From assembly GCA_040768745.1 (NCBI GenBank), contig JAXGMI010000001.1:1248001-1312000 (forward strand): a stretch of DNA of 64,000 bases, written 5' to 3'. Source of the stretch: Desulfomicrobium sp. (GTDB lineage Bacteria > Desulfobacterota > Desulfovibrionia > Desulfovibrionales > Desulfomicrobiaceae). How positions within the stretch are numbered: the first letter of the stretch is position 1; every line of letters starts with the position of its first letter. Positions 37,695 to 49,739 of the stretch are shown here, in pieces. A program made the position numbers and the translations under genes. The notes beneath the pieces were generated by a model. The model saw nothing but the letters and a program-made list of their open reading frames with translations, was not told the DNA's origin and ran no database searches.

Positions 37695-38642
37695 TTGGAA
37701 AACCAATTTTATGATCTGGTCATCGTCGGTGGTGGACCTGCAGGATTGTCGGCCGGGATTTATGCCATGCGTGCGGCCTTGAATGCCGTGCTGGTGGAAA
37801 AGGGCATGCCCGGTGGCCAGATTGCCTTGACCAAGGACGTGGAAAACTATCCAGGTATCGAGGAAGTGGGCGGCTTCGAACTGTGTGAAAAATTCTTGAA
37901 TCATGCCAAGCGGTACAATCTGGAAATTCGGGAGAGCGAGGTTGTGCGGGTCGAGCCGGGAGTGGAATTCCATGAAATCGTGCTGGCCGACGAAACGAGA
38001 CTCCATGCCCATGCAGTGATTCTGGCCGCCGGGGGAACGGCACGCAAGCTGTCCATTCCCGGTGAATGCGAGAGCTTCGGCAAGGGTGTTTCCTACTGTG
38101 CAACCTGTGACGGATTCTTTTTCAGGGGCAAGACAGTCACCGTCATCGGAGGCGGGGATACGGCCCTGGAGGACGCCTTGTACCTGTCAAAGATCTGCAC
38201 GCAGGTCTATCTGGTCCATCGTCGGGAGGAGTTTCGCGGCAGCCGCATCCTGCAACAGCGGGTCTTTGCCGAGCCACGGATCACCACGGTGCTCAGCTCC
38301 GTGGCCACGGAAATCCTGTCCAACGATGCCGGCGTGACGGGAGTGAAGGTCAAGAACGTGCAAACCGGTGACATGCGGGAGATCAAGACCGACGGCGTGT
38401 TCATCTTCGTCGGGTTTTCGCCCAACAACCAGCTCGTGCCAGCGGGCGTGAAAATGAATGCGGGCGGATACGTCATCACGGACGAGAAATGTGAGACCAG
38501 CCTGCCGGGCATTTTCGCCGTGGGCGATCTGCGCCAGAAATATGCCAATCAGATAGTCCTGGCTGCGGCAGATGGCTGCGTGGCGGCCCTGGCCGCAGCG
38601 CATTACGTGGAAGCGCGCAAGGCCCAAACCGGCAAGAAATAG
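37695..38642 (+). CDS. trxB: Thioredoxin-disulfide reductase
   Basis: GGGPAG, SYCATCDG, GGGDTA, FAVGD; TTG start with AAGGAG RBS. Confidence 0.93.
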   Translation: MENQFYDLVIVGGGPAGLSAGIYAMRAALNAVLVEKGMPGGQIALTKDVENYPGIEEVGGFELCEKFLNHAKRYNLEIRESEVVRVEPGVEFHEIVLADETRLHAHAVILAAGGTARKLSIPGECESFGKGVSYCATCDGFFFRGKTVTVIGGGDTALEDALYLSKICTQVYLVHRREEFRGSRILQQRVFAEPRITTVLSSVATEILSNDAGVTGVKVKNVQTGDMREIKTDGVFIFVGFSPNNQLVPAGVKMNAGGYVITDEKCETSLPGIFAVGDLRQKYANQIVLAAADGCVAALAAAHYVEARKAQTGKK

Positions 38643-38675
38643 CCGTTCTTGTGCGGCGCTGCACTCCGCTGAAAA

Positions 38676-38706
38676 CAACAAAACCCCTTTCACGGGGGTT
38701 TTGTTG
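38676..38706. terminator. Bidirectional terminator (trxB / tRNA-Asn)
   Basis: CAACAAAACCCC...GGGGTTTTGTTG. Confidence 0.8.
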
Positions 38707-38724
38707 GAGCGGATCGAGAAATCT

Positions 38725-38800
38725 TGGCTCCCCGGGACAGATTTGAACTGCCGACAGGGTGGTTAACAGCCACCTGCTCTGCCAACTGAGCTACCGGGGA
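38725..38800 (-). tRNA. tRNA-Asn(GTT), copy 1
   Basis: TCCCCGGTAGCTCAGTTGGCAGAGC..CTGTTAA..GTTCAAATC..GGGGAGCCA, 76 nt with encoded CCA; TTGACA upstream at about 38843-38848. Confidence 0.96.
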
Positions 38801-38880
38801 ACGTCAGCCGGAAGGCGCTTTGTAGGGAACGTCTGCAAGTTTTGTCAACACATGCCCCGCCCTTCACCGCTGTGCACCAG

Positions 38881-39504
38881 TCAACGTCGATGCCAATCAA
38901 ACGTTTCCAGACTTTCCTGCGGATAGAGTTTGCCAAATGCGGGAAGCTCAGGCCAGGCCTCCCCGGGAACAAGTTCCATGATCCGTATCAAGACAGTGTC
39001 TATCGGCAATCTGTCCCGGACGAGGACCGAGTACGCCGGGGCGGGGGTCAGCCCTTCCTGGCGGATTCGTCCGAAGTAACGCTTGTATTCCGCGTCGCCC
39101 GTATCGGAGGAGAGACCATAGCTCCCTTCGCGGTAGGCATACCCTGCAATGAAGGTCTTGCTTCCGCCCAGAAAAGTAAAGATTTCCGTGAATCCGGTTT
39201 TGAGCACCCGCGACAGGAAAAGGAGATGCGGTCCTTTTTCCCCTTCACGCACGAAAAGCATGGTTTCGATCTGGTCCATGGGGGGCAGGCTCGAATTCCA
39301 GATCTCCCCCCGGACCAGGAATTTTTCAGTCCCCAGGTATCGCCAGCCCGGTTCCAGGGGGATGGGTTCAGACCGCCACAGGGAGATTTCCGTGGCCCCG
39401 GGTTGGACGAGGTCGGCCGTACGGACTGTGGAGCAGGCGCTGGCAAAGAGAAATATGGCCAGGGTTAGCAGCAGGAGTCGATGCGAACTTTTGAACGCAG
39501 ACAT
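38881..39504 (-). CDS. Hypothetical lipoprotein (DUF4851-like, tentative)
   Basis: FASAC lipobox; AGGAGAG RBS. Confidence 0.7.
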   Translation of the reverse strand: MSAFKSSHRLLLLTLAIFLFASACSTVRTADLVQPGATEISLWRSEPIPLEPGWRYLGTEKFLVRGEIWNSSLPPMDQIETMLFVREGEKGPHLLFLSRVLKTGFTEIFTFLGGSKTFIAGYAYREGSYGLSSDTGDAEYKRYFGRIRQEGLTPAPAYSVLVRDRLPIDTVLIRIMELVPGEAWPELPAFGKLYPQESLETFDWHRR

Positions 39505-39835
39505 GTTTTCTCTCCTTTGGCTGGATGGCTCAGTGCACAATGATCCCTATACTCTCCCCACAACCAGAACCCAAGCCCCGGCACAGCCCATTTGCGGGAT
39601 CCTTCAATGCCCGAATGCTGCTCGGTTCAGGAGGATTCTGGTTCGCGATAGCCGCATTGCCCTGAATCCGGATCACTGATCCCGGGCCGGCTGGCCCGTT
39701 GGAATCCAGGATGAGCGTGCATCATGAGGCGCCGTCTTTCCGCGTCAACCCTGCCGATCCCGTATTCCCGTTGCATGCCTCCCCGGTGTGGGCTTCAGCT
39801 CGGGTGCGTGTGCCCTGATCACGGATCCTGCGATA

Positions 39836-40918
39836 TCAGTCCACCCGCAGGATGGTGGCGTAGCTGCTGAAAACGGCCCAGGCTGTGTCCCCTTCTCGCA
39901 ACCTCATGGATCCAAGGTGTTCCGTGGAGAAGATGATGCACAGCTCCGCATTGTCGCCCACTTGCAGGACGCATTCCGTATTGACATGCCCGCGGGTGAT
40001 GCGGGCTATGGTCCCGGACAGGCGATTTTCGGCGGAGCAGAACGGTTCCGCATTGCCGGGATGCAGGACCACCCAGGGGGCCTTGACCTCTACGGTGGCC
40101 AGGCGGCCTTCCTTCAGACCCAGGCGATGCAGGCTGCTGAGGGTGATGATGGAGGAGATTGTCTGGCCGCCGAGAGTGGTCAGTTCCACCAGGGCCTGGA
40201 TGTCCGAGGCCTGGATGCGGGTGATCTTGCCGAAAAAGGAATTGCGCGCGCTGGTTTTGCGGCTGGTTTCGCGCTCCAGAAAAGAGGATGTGATGGCCCG
40301 GATTTCGTTTTCGGAGAAGGAGACCAGGGCCGAGGTCAAGTTGGGGCTCGAATGTCCAAGATATTGCTGGACCGCGGGCAGAGGCATGTTTGCCTGCATC
40401 AGCTCCACTCCGCGAGATTTCCGGATCATTTCAGGGGCACCGAGTTGCTTGGGAAATCCGCAGGCCTGGGCGCGTTCATAAAATTTCCGGCGAATGAAGG
40501 CTGGATCAACGCCCACGCCCTGGATGACGGCCTCGCTCAGGGCTGGCTCTGCGGTCATGGACCGGATTTCGTTTGCCAGGCTTTCGGACAGGGGCACGTG
40601 GCGCAATCCTTCGGCATTGTTTCCATAGACTACCGCGAGTCGTTCGTAGTCGATGTCCGTGGCCGGCCGCAGAGCCAGCACTTCGTGCAGTTTCGCCCCG
40701 GTGTAGCGGATAAGCAGGAACACGAGCAGGACCCGCTTCCGGGACAGGATTATATCGGATCGGCGGGAAAGTCCGGCCCAGGCCCGGAATTCCCGTTCCA
40801 GCACTTCCAGCTGCAGGGAATCGAGACACGGGCCGGACTCGGTCACAATCCGTCCGTGATCGGCTGCCTTCGCGGCGGAGGAAGAAACTGAGGGCGTCTT
40901 GGTGTGCATTGCGCGCAT
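39836..40918 (-). CDS. tunR: TunR-family tungstate/molybdate-responsive regulator (XerC-like DNA-binding domain plus tandem TOBE/Mop domains)
   Basis: YTGAKLHEVLAL, PEMIRKSR, QQYLGHS (no catalytic Tyr: TSAL); TSARNSF.G.I and SAENRLSG TOBE repeats; start 40918 or 40909. Confidence 0.8.
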   Translation of the reverse strand: MRAMHTKTPSVSSSAAKAADHGRIVTESGPCLDSLQLEVLEREFRAWAGLSRRSDIILSRKRVLLVFLLIRYTGAKLHEVLALRPATDIDYERLAVVYGNNAEGLRHVPLSESLANEIRSMTAEPALSEAVIQGVGVDPAFIRRKFYERAQACGFPKQLGAPEMIRKSRGVELMQANMPLPAVQQYLGHSSPNLTSALVSFSENEIRAITSSFLERETSRKTSARNSFFGKITRIQASDIQALVELTTLGGQTISSIITLSSLHRLGLKEGRLATVEVKAPWVVLHPGNAEPFCSAENRLSGTIARITRGHVNTECVLQVGDNAELCIIFSTEHLGSMRLREGDTAWAVFSSYATILRVD

Positions 40919-40966
40919 TGTGCTGCCGGGGGCTGTCCGATGCAAGGGGGAAGTGTGGAAGAAAAC

Positions 40967-40993
40967 AAAAAAGCCCTTCGGGTGAAGGGCTTT
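40967..40993 (-). terminator. Terminator of tRNA-Asn copy 2
   Basis: AAAAAAGCCCTTC-GGGT-GAAGGGCTTT. Confidence 0.8.
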
Positions 40994-41001
40994 GGAAAGT
41001 C

Positions 41002-41077
41002 TGGCTCCCCGGGACAGATTTGAACTGCCGACAGGGTGGTTAACAGCCACCTGCTCTGCCAACTGAGCTACCGGGGA
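41002..41077 (-). tRNA. tRNA-Asn(GTT), copy 2 (identical to copy 1)
   Basis: Same 76-nt sequence; TTGACA at 41117-41122 on the minus strand. Confidence 0.96.
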
Positions 41078-41118
41078 ATGCTCGTGAGGAGGCTCTTTAG
41101 GAAAAGGCCCACCATCTG

Positions 41119-43551
41119 TCAACCATTTTGGGCCGCTGCCCTGATTTTTGTCTGCCTGGCTTCCTCGGCCTTGTTCTGCTGCTCCAGAGCGGTGATGAGC
41201 ACCTCCCAGAAGGCTGGCGCCTCGGGCTTCAGATGTACGCTCTGTCGGGCCAGGGATTCCGCCACTTCGGGGTCGTCTCCGCGCTCCAGATAGATCTTGG
41301 CCAGCAGATGGTATGAGTACGGGTCATGGGGGTTGGTGATGATGGCCTGGTGTAAAAATTCCCGGGCCATGTCCCTGTCGTCGCGGCGGAAGGCCAGCCG
41401 GGCCAAGTAGCGATAGGCCAGGCGCTCGCCATCGGGCAGGGTGCGGACCCTGTCGTACAACTCCCAGGCCTGGTCCAGATCGCCCTCGTCCTCGGCCATG
41501 AGGCCCAAGCGGACCAGGGCGTAGACGTTGTCGGGCTGGATGTTCAGGACCTGGGCGAAGGCCTCTTTGGCGCTGGATGCATCGCCGTCCTTGAGGCACG
41601 CGCAGCCAAAATTATAGAGGGGCATGATGTGGTCCGGATAGAGCCGGACGAGGTCGTGAAAAATGGTCCGGGCCGTGGCGTATTTATTCAGGCGGGCATA
41701 ACAGATGCCGAGGGAATTGCGGGCCAGGAAATTTTTTTCATCGACGGTCAGGGCTTTTTTGTATTCAGCGATGGCATCATAGATCTCACCCTGGGCGAAA
41801 AGCCGGTCCGCGCTGATGTTCAGCGACACCGAATCGAAGCAGGCGATTTTCTCCCCTTGCAGCATGCTGGCGTGATCCAGGGCCTTCCGGGCGTTGTCCA
41901 GGATTTCCGAGCGAGTGGACTCCAGGAACGGGTAGCTGGCGATGCCCACGGTGGCGTCGAGGCCGTCGAAGCGGTCATCCTCGAGGAGTTCCTGAACGAT
42001 GCGGGCGCAGTCCTTCTGGTCCAGGCCCGGGACATAATACACAAGACAGTTCATGCTGTAGCGCCCACCCGAGGCCTCGGGGCCGAAGAGTGTCTCGGCC
42101 CGGCCGGTCAGGACCTGCAAGAACTGCTCTTCCTTCATCTGAACCAGAGGGGTGCGTTCGGCGTGGGGAGTTTCCAGGCGCATGAGCACAATGGAGAAGG
42201 ATTTTTCGTGGGCGCGGGCATTCTGCCAAGCCAGGAGAAAATCCCGGTACGGATAGAGTCCGGTCAGCACGTCCTTCTGCGGGATGCGATCATCGGAACG
42301 GGAGCTGTCCTGCTCCATGAGCCCGCTGTGTTCGTCCAGCAGGGTCAACTTGTCACCTTTCTCGACTACCCAGTTGGGATCCGTCTGGAACAAGACCTCG
42401 GCGATGGAAATTTCGTCCTGCGCTTCGACCAGGGATACCTCTCCCTTGTACATGGGGGGGTAGTGACCAAACACGGACTCGCCCCTGGGACCGACCATGG
42501 TTTCCCGGCCGTTGAACTTGCGGGACCAGATCAGGAAACGCTGACCCTCGTGGGCGTCCACGCTCCGCCCCAGGTTGATGACCAGCCGGTTCATGGGCAT
42601 GACTTCGAGAACAACCCCTCCCTGGCTCAGAATCTGACGGAAGGAATAGACCTGTCCCCGCCCTGTGGCCTGGGCTGCATGCAGGGCCTTTTCGGCTTTT
42701 TCCAGAACCACGTAGCACTGTTCCTCTGGGGCCTTGCGGAATTGGGCGCCTTGAAAATCCTGCGGGTAATTGACGAAACCGCAACAGGCCGACAGACCGA
42801 CATCCTCCCGCAGGGGGGCGAAACGGGCGGTGATGCGGGAAAGCTGTGCAACCAGGTTGTGGGCCAGTTCGCCCAGTTTGGTCCGGGAAGCCTGGGGGCA
42901 GAGCACTCCAAAGGCGTCTCCGTCCAGGCGGCATACAAGGGTCTGTTTGGGACAGATCTCGCGCAGGCACTCGGCAGCCAGGACAAGCAGCCTGTCTCCA
43001 AAAAGATGGCCGAAGTTTTCGTTGATCTGTCGGAAGCGGTCCAGGTCCACGACGATGAGTCCGAAACACGCGCTGTGCGTGTGCAGCGATTCGTCCGCCA
43101 AGGCCTCGGGGCCGGGCATGATGGCCCCCAGAATACCCGAGATTTCCCGGATCAGGGCTTGGTGGAGGCTGGTGCGGTTGAAGAGGCCGGTCAAGGGGTC
43201 GGTGATGGCCTGCTTGTGCAGGACGATCTGGTTCAGACACAGTGCAGCCATGACAGGCAGGTACGGCAGGGCCGGTCGAATTTTCTTGCGATCCACACCC
43301 CTGGCCGAGAAAATGGCCAAAAGCCTGCCCTGGCGGGTCAAGGGAAGTCTGAGGTGGTCATTCTCCAGCACAGCGCGGCCATGGGGACGGGCAGGTGTGG
43401 GCCCCAGATCCTTGGGGACGCTTGTCGGGAAGGTGAGGCTGTAGGAAGAAAAGGACAGGATGCCCTGCAGGGCTGTTTTGAGCAGGGACTCGTGCTCAAT
43501 GATGTCCTGGCGACGCAGGTCCGGAGTCTCGTTGGAAATTGCCGTGTGCAT
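41119..43551 (-). CDS. GGDEF-like plus TPR-repeat protein
   Basis: TDPLTGLFNR, DLDRFRQINENFGHLFGD, degenerate RLDGDAF; second GGDEF-like domain (DVLTGL..GRYSMN); C-terminal TPRs. Confidence 0.85.
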   Translation of the reverse strand: MHTAISNETPDLRRQDIIEHESLLKTALQGILSFSSYSLTFPTSVPKDLGPTPARPHGRAVLENDHLRLPLTRQGRLLAIFSARGVDRKKIRPALPYLPVMAALCLNQIVLHKQAITDPLTGLFNRTSLHQALIREISGILGAIMPGPEALADESLHTHSACFGLIVVDLDRFRQINENFGHLFGDRLLVLAAECLREICPKQTLVCRLDGDAFGVLCPQASRTKLGELAHNLVAQLSRITARFAPLREDVGLSACCGFVNYPQDFQGAQFRKAPEEQCYVVLEKAEKALHAAQATGRGQVYSFRQILSQGGVVLEVMPMNRLVINLGRSVDAHEGQRFLIWSRKFNGRETMVGPRGESVFGHYPPMYKGEVSLVEAQDEISIAEVLFQTDPNWVVEKGDKLTLLDEHSGLMEQDSSRSDDRIPQKDVLTGLYPYRDFLLAWQNARAHEKSFSIVLMRLETPHAERTPLVQMKEEQFLQVLTGRAETLFGPEASGGRYSMNCLVYYVPGLDQKDCARIVQELLEDDRFDGLDATVGIASYPFLESTRSEILDNARKALDHASMLQGEKIACFDSVSLNISADRLFAQGEIYDAIAEYKKALTVDEKNFLARNSLGICYARLNKYATARTIFHDLVRLYPDHIMPLYNFGCACLKDGDASSAKEAFAQVLNIQPDNVYALVRLGLMAEDEGDLDQAWELYDRVRTLPDGERLAYRYLARLAFRRDDRDMAREFLHQAIITNPHDPYSYHLLAKIYLERGDDPEVAESLARQSVHLKPEAPAFWEVLITALEQQNKAEEARQTKIRAAAQNG

Positions 43552-43674
43552 GGTGGTTCCAGGGTGTTTTTTCGACGGCTTTGCCTGATGCTGGAACCCT
43601 TGTCCAGAAAGGAGAATTGAGTTTTGGGTGGAAGGTGGCTACATCGGCAGAAAATGAAGATGCAGGAGGATGGG

Positions 43675-44304
43675 ATGCTGCAGGTGACGGCGATGCCCCT
43701 CGGGGTGTTGGATACAAATTGTTATATAGTGCATACAGAGCGCGAGGCGACGGTCATCGATCCGGGGGGGGACGCGGACGAAATCCTGTCTTTTTTGGGC
43801 AGGAACAGGTTGACCCTGACCACGATCCTGAACACACATCTCCATTTCGACCATATCCAGGGCAATGCCGACCTGGTCGCCGCCACAGGCGCGCCAGTGC
43901 TGGCCAGCCCCAGGGACGGTTATCTGCTGGGGACCGAATTGGGGGGCGGAGGCATGATGGGCTTTCCACGTACCCCTGTTTTTTCGTTCACCCACCTCGA
44001 CGAGGGAGAGCAGACTTTTCTTGGCGCGGTTTGCCGCGTCCTGGCCACACCTGGTCACAGCCCGGGCAGCCTGTCCTTCTATTTTGCCGAAATCGGTTCT
44101 GTTTTTGTCGGCGACCTGCTTTTTTACCGGTCCGTAGGCCGTACGGACTTTCCCGGCAGCTCCGAGAGGGACCTCCTGCGCTCCGTGCGGACCAAGATTT
44201 TTTCCCTCCCCGAGGCCACTGTGGTCTACCCTGGACACGGTCCGGAAACCACAGTGGGAGCGGAACGTCTGAACAATCCCTTTTTCACGGAATTCATCCG
44301 TTAG
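43675..44304 (+). CDS. MBL-fold hydrolase (glyoxalase II-like)
   Basis: THLHFDH, TPGHSPG, GDLLF..GRTD, PGHG. Confidence 0.9.
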   Translation: MLQVTAMPLGVLDTNCYIVHTEREATVIDPGGDADEILSFLGRNRLTLTTILNTHLHFDHIQGNADLVAATGAPVLASPRDGYLLGTELGGGGMMGFPRTPVFSFTHLDEGEQTFLGAVCRVLATPGHSPGSLSFYFAEIGSVFVGDLLFYRSVGRTDFPGSSERDLLRSVRTKIFSLPEATVVYPGHGPETTVGAERLNNPFFTEFIR

Positions 44305-44312
44305 GAGATGAC

Positions 44313-44540
44313 ATGATTGCCGATGGCGAGCATGATTTCCGGAGCCAATGCTGACACGTGGGTGTAGACGCCAGTTGGCATCTCCGTTTCGGACGCAAGG
44401 ACAGGCAGGTTTTCTGGGTCAGCCCGGGAGTGGTCCCCCAGTTGGAAAATGTCCTCTATGTTGAAACCGATTGGACCCTGACCCTGGCCCCGGTTGGGGA
44501 ATGGATCCGTGCGGAATTCACGCGCAAGCCACGCCCATGA
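44313..44540 (+). CDS. Small protein with in-frame TGA at codon 14 (candidate selenoprotein, otherwise a nonsense pseudogene)
   Basis: AGGAG RBS (44303-44307) overlaps the upstream TAG; ATG 44313; TGC-TGA-CAC at 44349-44357; the frame stays open to TGA 44538-44540, which overlaps the next ATG. Confidence 0.6.
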
Positions 44541-45088
44541 TTCCACTCGTCCTGTCCTTGAGCCCCCGACCCGAGGGCAATTCCGACAGCGCGGCCGAGC
44601 ATTTCGCCCGGTCCCTGGCTGGACCCAGCACGTTTCTCCGTTTGCGGGACCATGTCGTCGCGCCCTGCACGGGTTGCGGGGCCTGTGCCAAGAGCGGAAG
44701 ATGCGTGTTCGCCGACGGGGACCATGCCGAGGGCCTCTTCGCCAGCCTGGATGCGGCACCCATGGTCATGCTCGCCGCCCCGGTCTATTTCTACCATCTG
44801 CCCGCCCAAGCCAAGGCCTGGATAGACCGGGCCCAAAGCCGCTATCTCAGCGGCAGATTCGGGCAGGGGATCATCCGTCCTGCATATATTGTCCTGGTTG
44901 CCGGCAGAACCCGGGGGGTACATCTTTTTGCCGGCATCATGCCCACCTTGCGCTATTTCCTGCAGGTTTTCGACTTCTCCATCCAGGGTACTGTGCATTT
45001 GCGCGGACTGGATGGGCCCAGGGATCTCCTCGCCAACGAGAAGGCCTTGGAGGCAGTGGCCGCCCTGGCCCGGAGCAGCGGATGGTAG
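44537..45088 (+). CDS. Flavodoxin-like / iron-sulfur flavoprotein (NADPH-dependent FMN reductase family)
   Basis: SPRPEGNS, PCTGCGAC..GRC, APVYFY..KAWIDR. Confidence 0.85.
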   Translation: MIPLVLSLSPRPEGNSDSAAEHFARSLAGPSTFLRLRDHVVAPCTGCGACAKSGRCVFADGDHAEGLFASLDAAPMVMLAAPVYFYHLPAQAKAWIDRAQSRYLSGRFGQGIIRPAYIVLVAGRTRGVHLFAGIMPTLRYFLQVFDFSIQGTVHLRGLDGPRDLLANEKALEAVAALARSSGW

Positions 45089-45819
45089 CCAATGCGGCGT
45101 GCAGCCCCGCCTACCGGCTGCTTTCGAATTTTATGTTCAGGCTGGGTCGTCGCTGTCAGCTCTGCGCGGCAGTCCTCGACCATCCTGAGGATTTTCCTCT
45201 TTGTCCGCAATGTGCCGCTCTCCTTGCGCCGCGTCTGGGGGGCTACTGCCCTCGCTGCGGCGATTGCTACGCAGATCCCATGGCACCGGTTTACGACTGC
45301 TTGTCCTGCCGGACGGCCCCGCCGCCCTGGGCCGCCTTGGGTTTTTACGGTTCCTATTCCGGTCTGCTCCGGGATCTCGTACACCGGCACAAGTTCGGCC
45401 GGGACCATGGACTGGGAGTGATTCTGCGGTTCATGGTCCTCCAGGCCTGGAGGCTGCACGCCCTCGAACGGCCAGATATCATTGTTCCGGTGCCCATGCG
45501 GCCCATGCCTGTGCTGCGTCGAGGATTCAACCAGAGTGCGGAGCTTGGGCGCCTGCTGGCGGGCGCCCTCGGAGTGGCCTTTGCAGGGCAAGGGCTGCTG
45601 AAGATCAGGGAGACGAGGGCCCAGTCGAGTCTGGGCCGGGCGGCCAGGATGCGCAATGTGGCTGGGGCGTTCAGGGCTGCCAGGGACGTCGCTGGGCGGC
45701 GTGTGTTGCTCGTCGACGACGTCATGACCACAGGCGCCACCATGCGGGCCTGCTCCAGGGCGTGCCGGGAGGCGGGCGCAGCGCGTATCGAGGTCCTGGT
45801 TCTGGCCAGGGCGTCGTGA
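45082..45819 (+). CDS. comF: ComF family (zinc ribbon plus PRTase) protein
   Basis: Multiple CxxC, VPVP..RRGFNQS, LLVDDVMTTGAT. Confidence 0.85.
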   Translation: MVANAACSPAYRLLSNFMFRLGRRCQLCAAVLDHPEDFPLCPQCAALLAPRLGGYCPRCGDCYADPMAPVYDCLSCRTAPPPWAALGFYGSYSGLLRDLVHRHKFGRDHGLGVILRFMVLQAWRLHALERPDIIVPVPMRPMPVLRRGFNQSAELGRLLAGALGVAFAGQGLLKIRETRAQSSLGRAARMRNVAGAFRAARDVAGRRVLLVDDVMTTGATMRACSRACREAGAARIEVLVLARAS

Positions 45820-46078
45820 AGGGGCATTGTCCGCCATGCATGTGCTTCCCGGCATGCTCTGGATGTCGGTGTTTGAGGATGTCCAGGCGTCCATGCCCAG
45901 GGGCGGTGTCCGTGATCCTGAAGTTTTGTGTTGACGGCCTTGGGATTACGATTTATGGACAGCATCCCTCTCGGCTGATGCCCTGCTCCGGGCATCCTGT
46001 GGTTTCTCGTGATGTAACGTCTTGACGGGTTGCGCTGGAAAAGGTAGCCACGTCGTTCAATATTTTGGAGGTCGCAAA

Positions 46079-46390
46079 ATGTTTGCAATCGTGGAAGCGG
46101 GCGGAAAACAGTTTCGTGTGGAAGAAGGTCGCAGCCTGAAGGTGGCCAAGATGTCCGCGCAGGCCGGGACAGAGATAACTCTGGACAAGATTCTGCTTGT
46201 CGGGACCGGCGCCGACGTGAAGATAGGTCAGCCTTTCGTGTCCGGAGCGTCCGTGCAGTGCGAAGTGGTCGATCACGGCCGGGACAAGAAAATCATCATA
46301 TTCAAGAAGAAACGCCGCAAGGATTATCGCAGAACACAGGGTCACCGTCAGGATTTCACGCTGCTCAAGGTGAAGTCCATTCAGGCCTAG
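46079..46390 (+). CDS. rplU: 50S ribosomal protein L21
   Basis: MFAIVEAGGKQFRV..GHRQDFT. Confidence 0.97.
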   Translation: MFAIVEAGGKQFRVEEGRSLKVAKMSAQAGTEITLDKILLVGTGADVKIGQPFVSGASVQCEVVDHGRDKKIIIFKKKRRKDYRRTQGHRQDFTLLKVKSIQA

Positions 46391-46405
46391 TGTCGGGAGG
46401 AAAAC

Positions 46406-48952
<2,547 letters not shown>

Positions 48953-48973
48953 GGGCCGTTCCCGGCCCTGGGT

Positions 48974-49612
48974 TCAGTCCCGGTGGAGGTGGAAGACGAG
49001 GAGCCGTCCAGTCTCCAGGCGCACCGTGGCAGTGCTGCTGGTGAACACGTTGCTCATGCCCCATGTTGTCCCGAAATGCAGGGTTGCGTTCTGCAGCGGG
49101 TACTCCAGGCCGGACAGTGTCACGCCAGCGGCCTGGGGGGTGACGGGCATGAGGGACAGGGTGTCACCGACGGTTCCCTGCAACTCCAGAAAAGAGTCCG
49201 CCAGATAGACGCTTTGGGCCGCGTCCATGATGCAGGTCGGAACGGAGTGGGCCTGGCAGAGGGAGAGCAGGAAAAGGTTGCCCAGGGTGTGGTCCAGACG
49301 CCCGCCCGTGGCCCCGAGGAGGGTGATGCGGGTGGCCTGGCCGGCAAAGGCGAGGTGCAGGGCCAGCTCCAGATCGGTGGCGTCCTTTTGCGGAGGATGC
49401 AGATGCAGGGGCACGCCCTGGCGTCGGTAGAGCTCCAGCAGCTCGGACGGGATGGAGTCCATGTCCCCCACGGCCAAGTGCGGCGTGAGGCCCATGGCCA
49501 GAAGATGGCTCCCGCCCCCATCAACAGCCACCAGCCGGTCGGCGGTGGAAAGCAGGTTCTGTATCCGGGGTGCAAGCTGACAGTGGCCGTTGGCCAGAAG
49601 AACCCAATGCAT
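48974..49612 (-). CDS. thiN: Thiamine diphosphokinase
   Basis: AVDGG, GDMDS, KDATDLELA, GGRLDH, GLEYPL, GMSN. Confidence 0.9.
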   Translation of the reverse strand: MHWVLLANGHCQLAPRIQNLLSTADRLVAVDGGGSHLLAMGLTPHLAVGDMDSIPSELLELYRRQGVPLHLHPPQKDATDLELALHLAFAGQATRITLLGATGGRLDHTLGNLFLLSLCQAHSVPTCIMDAAQSVYLADSFLELQGTVGDTLSLMPVTPQAAGVTLSGLEYPLQNATLHFGTTWGMSNVFTSSTATVRLETGRLLVFHLHRD

Positions 49613-49739
49613 GCGCGCTCCATTGAGAAATGTCTGCCATGATCCGTCGCCATGTCTGGCAAACGTTCCGGCGTGCAAAGAAAGCTAACCATCTGCTGTG
49701 GACAAATCAAGGGCCCGGAAACGGCATGGGAGTTGAGCG

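Noticed and set aside
39836..40918. Active phage integrase or prophage at tRNA-Asn
   Set aside because: Catalytic residues are missing, TOBE domains are fused, both tRNAs are complete and there are no phage genes; it fits the TunR regulator family.
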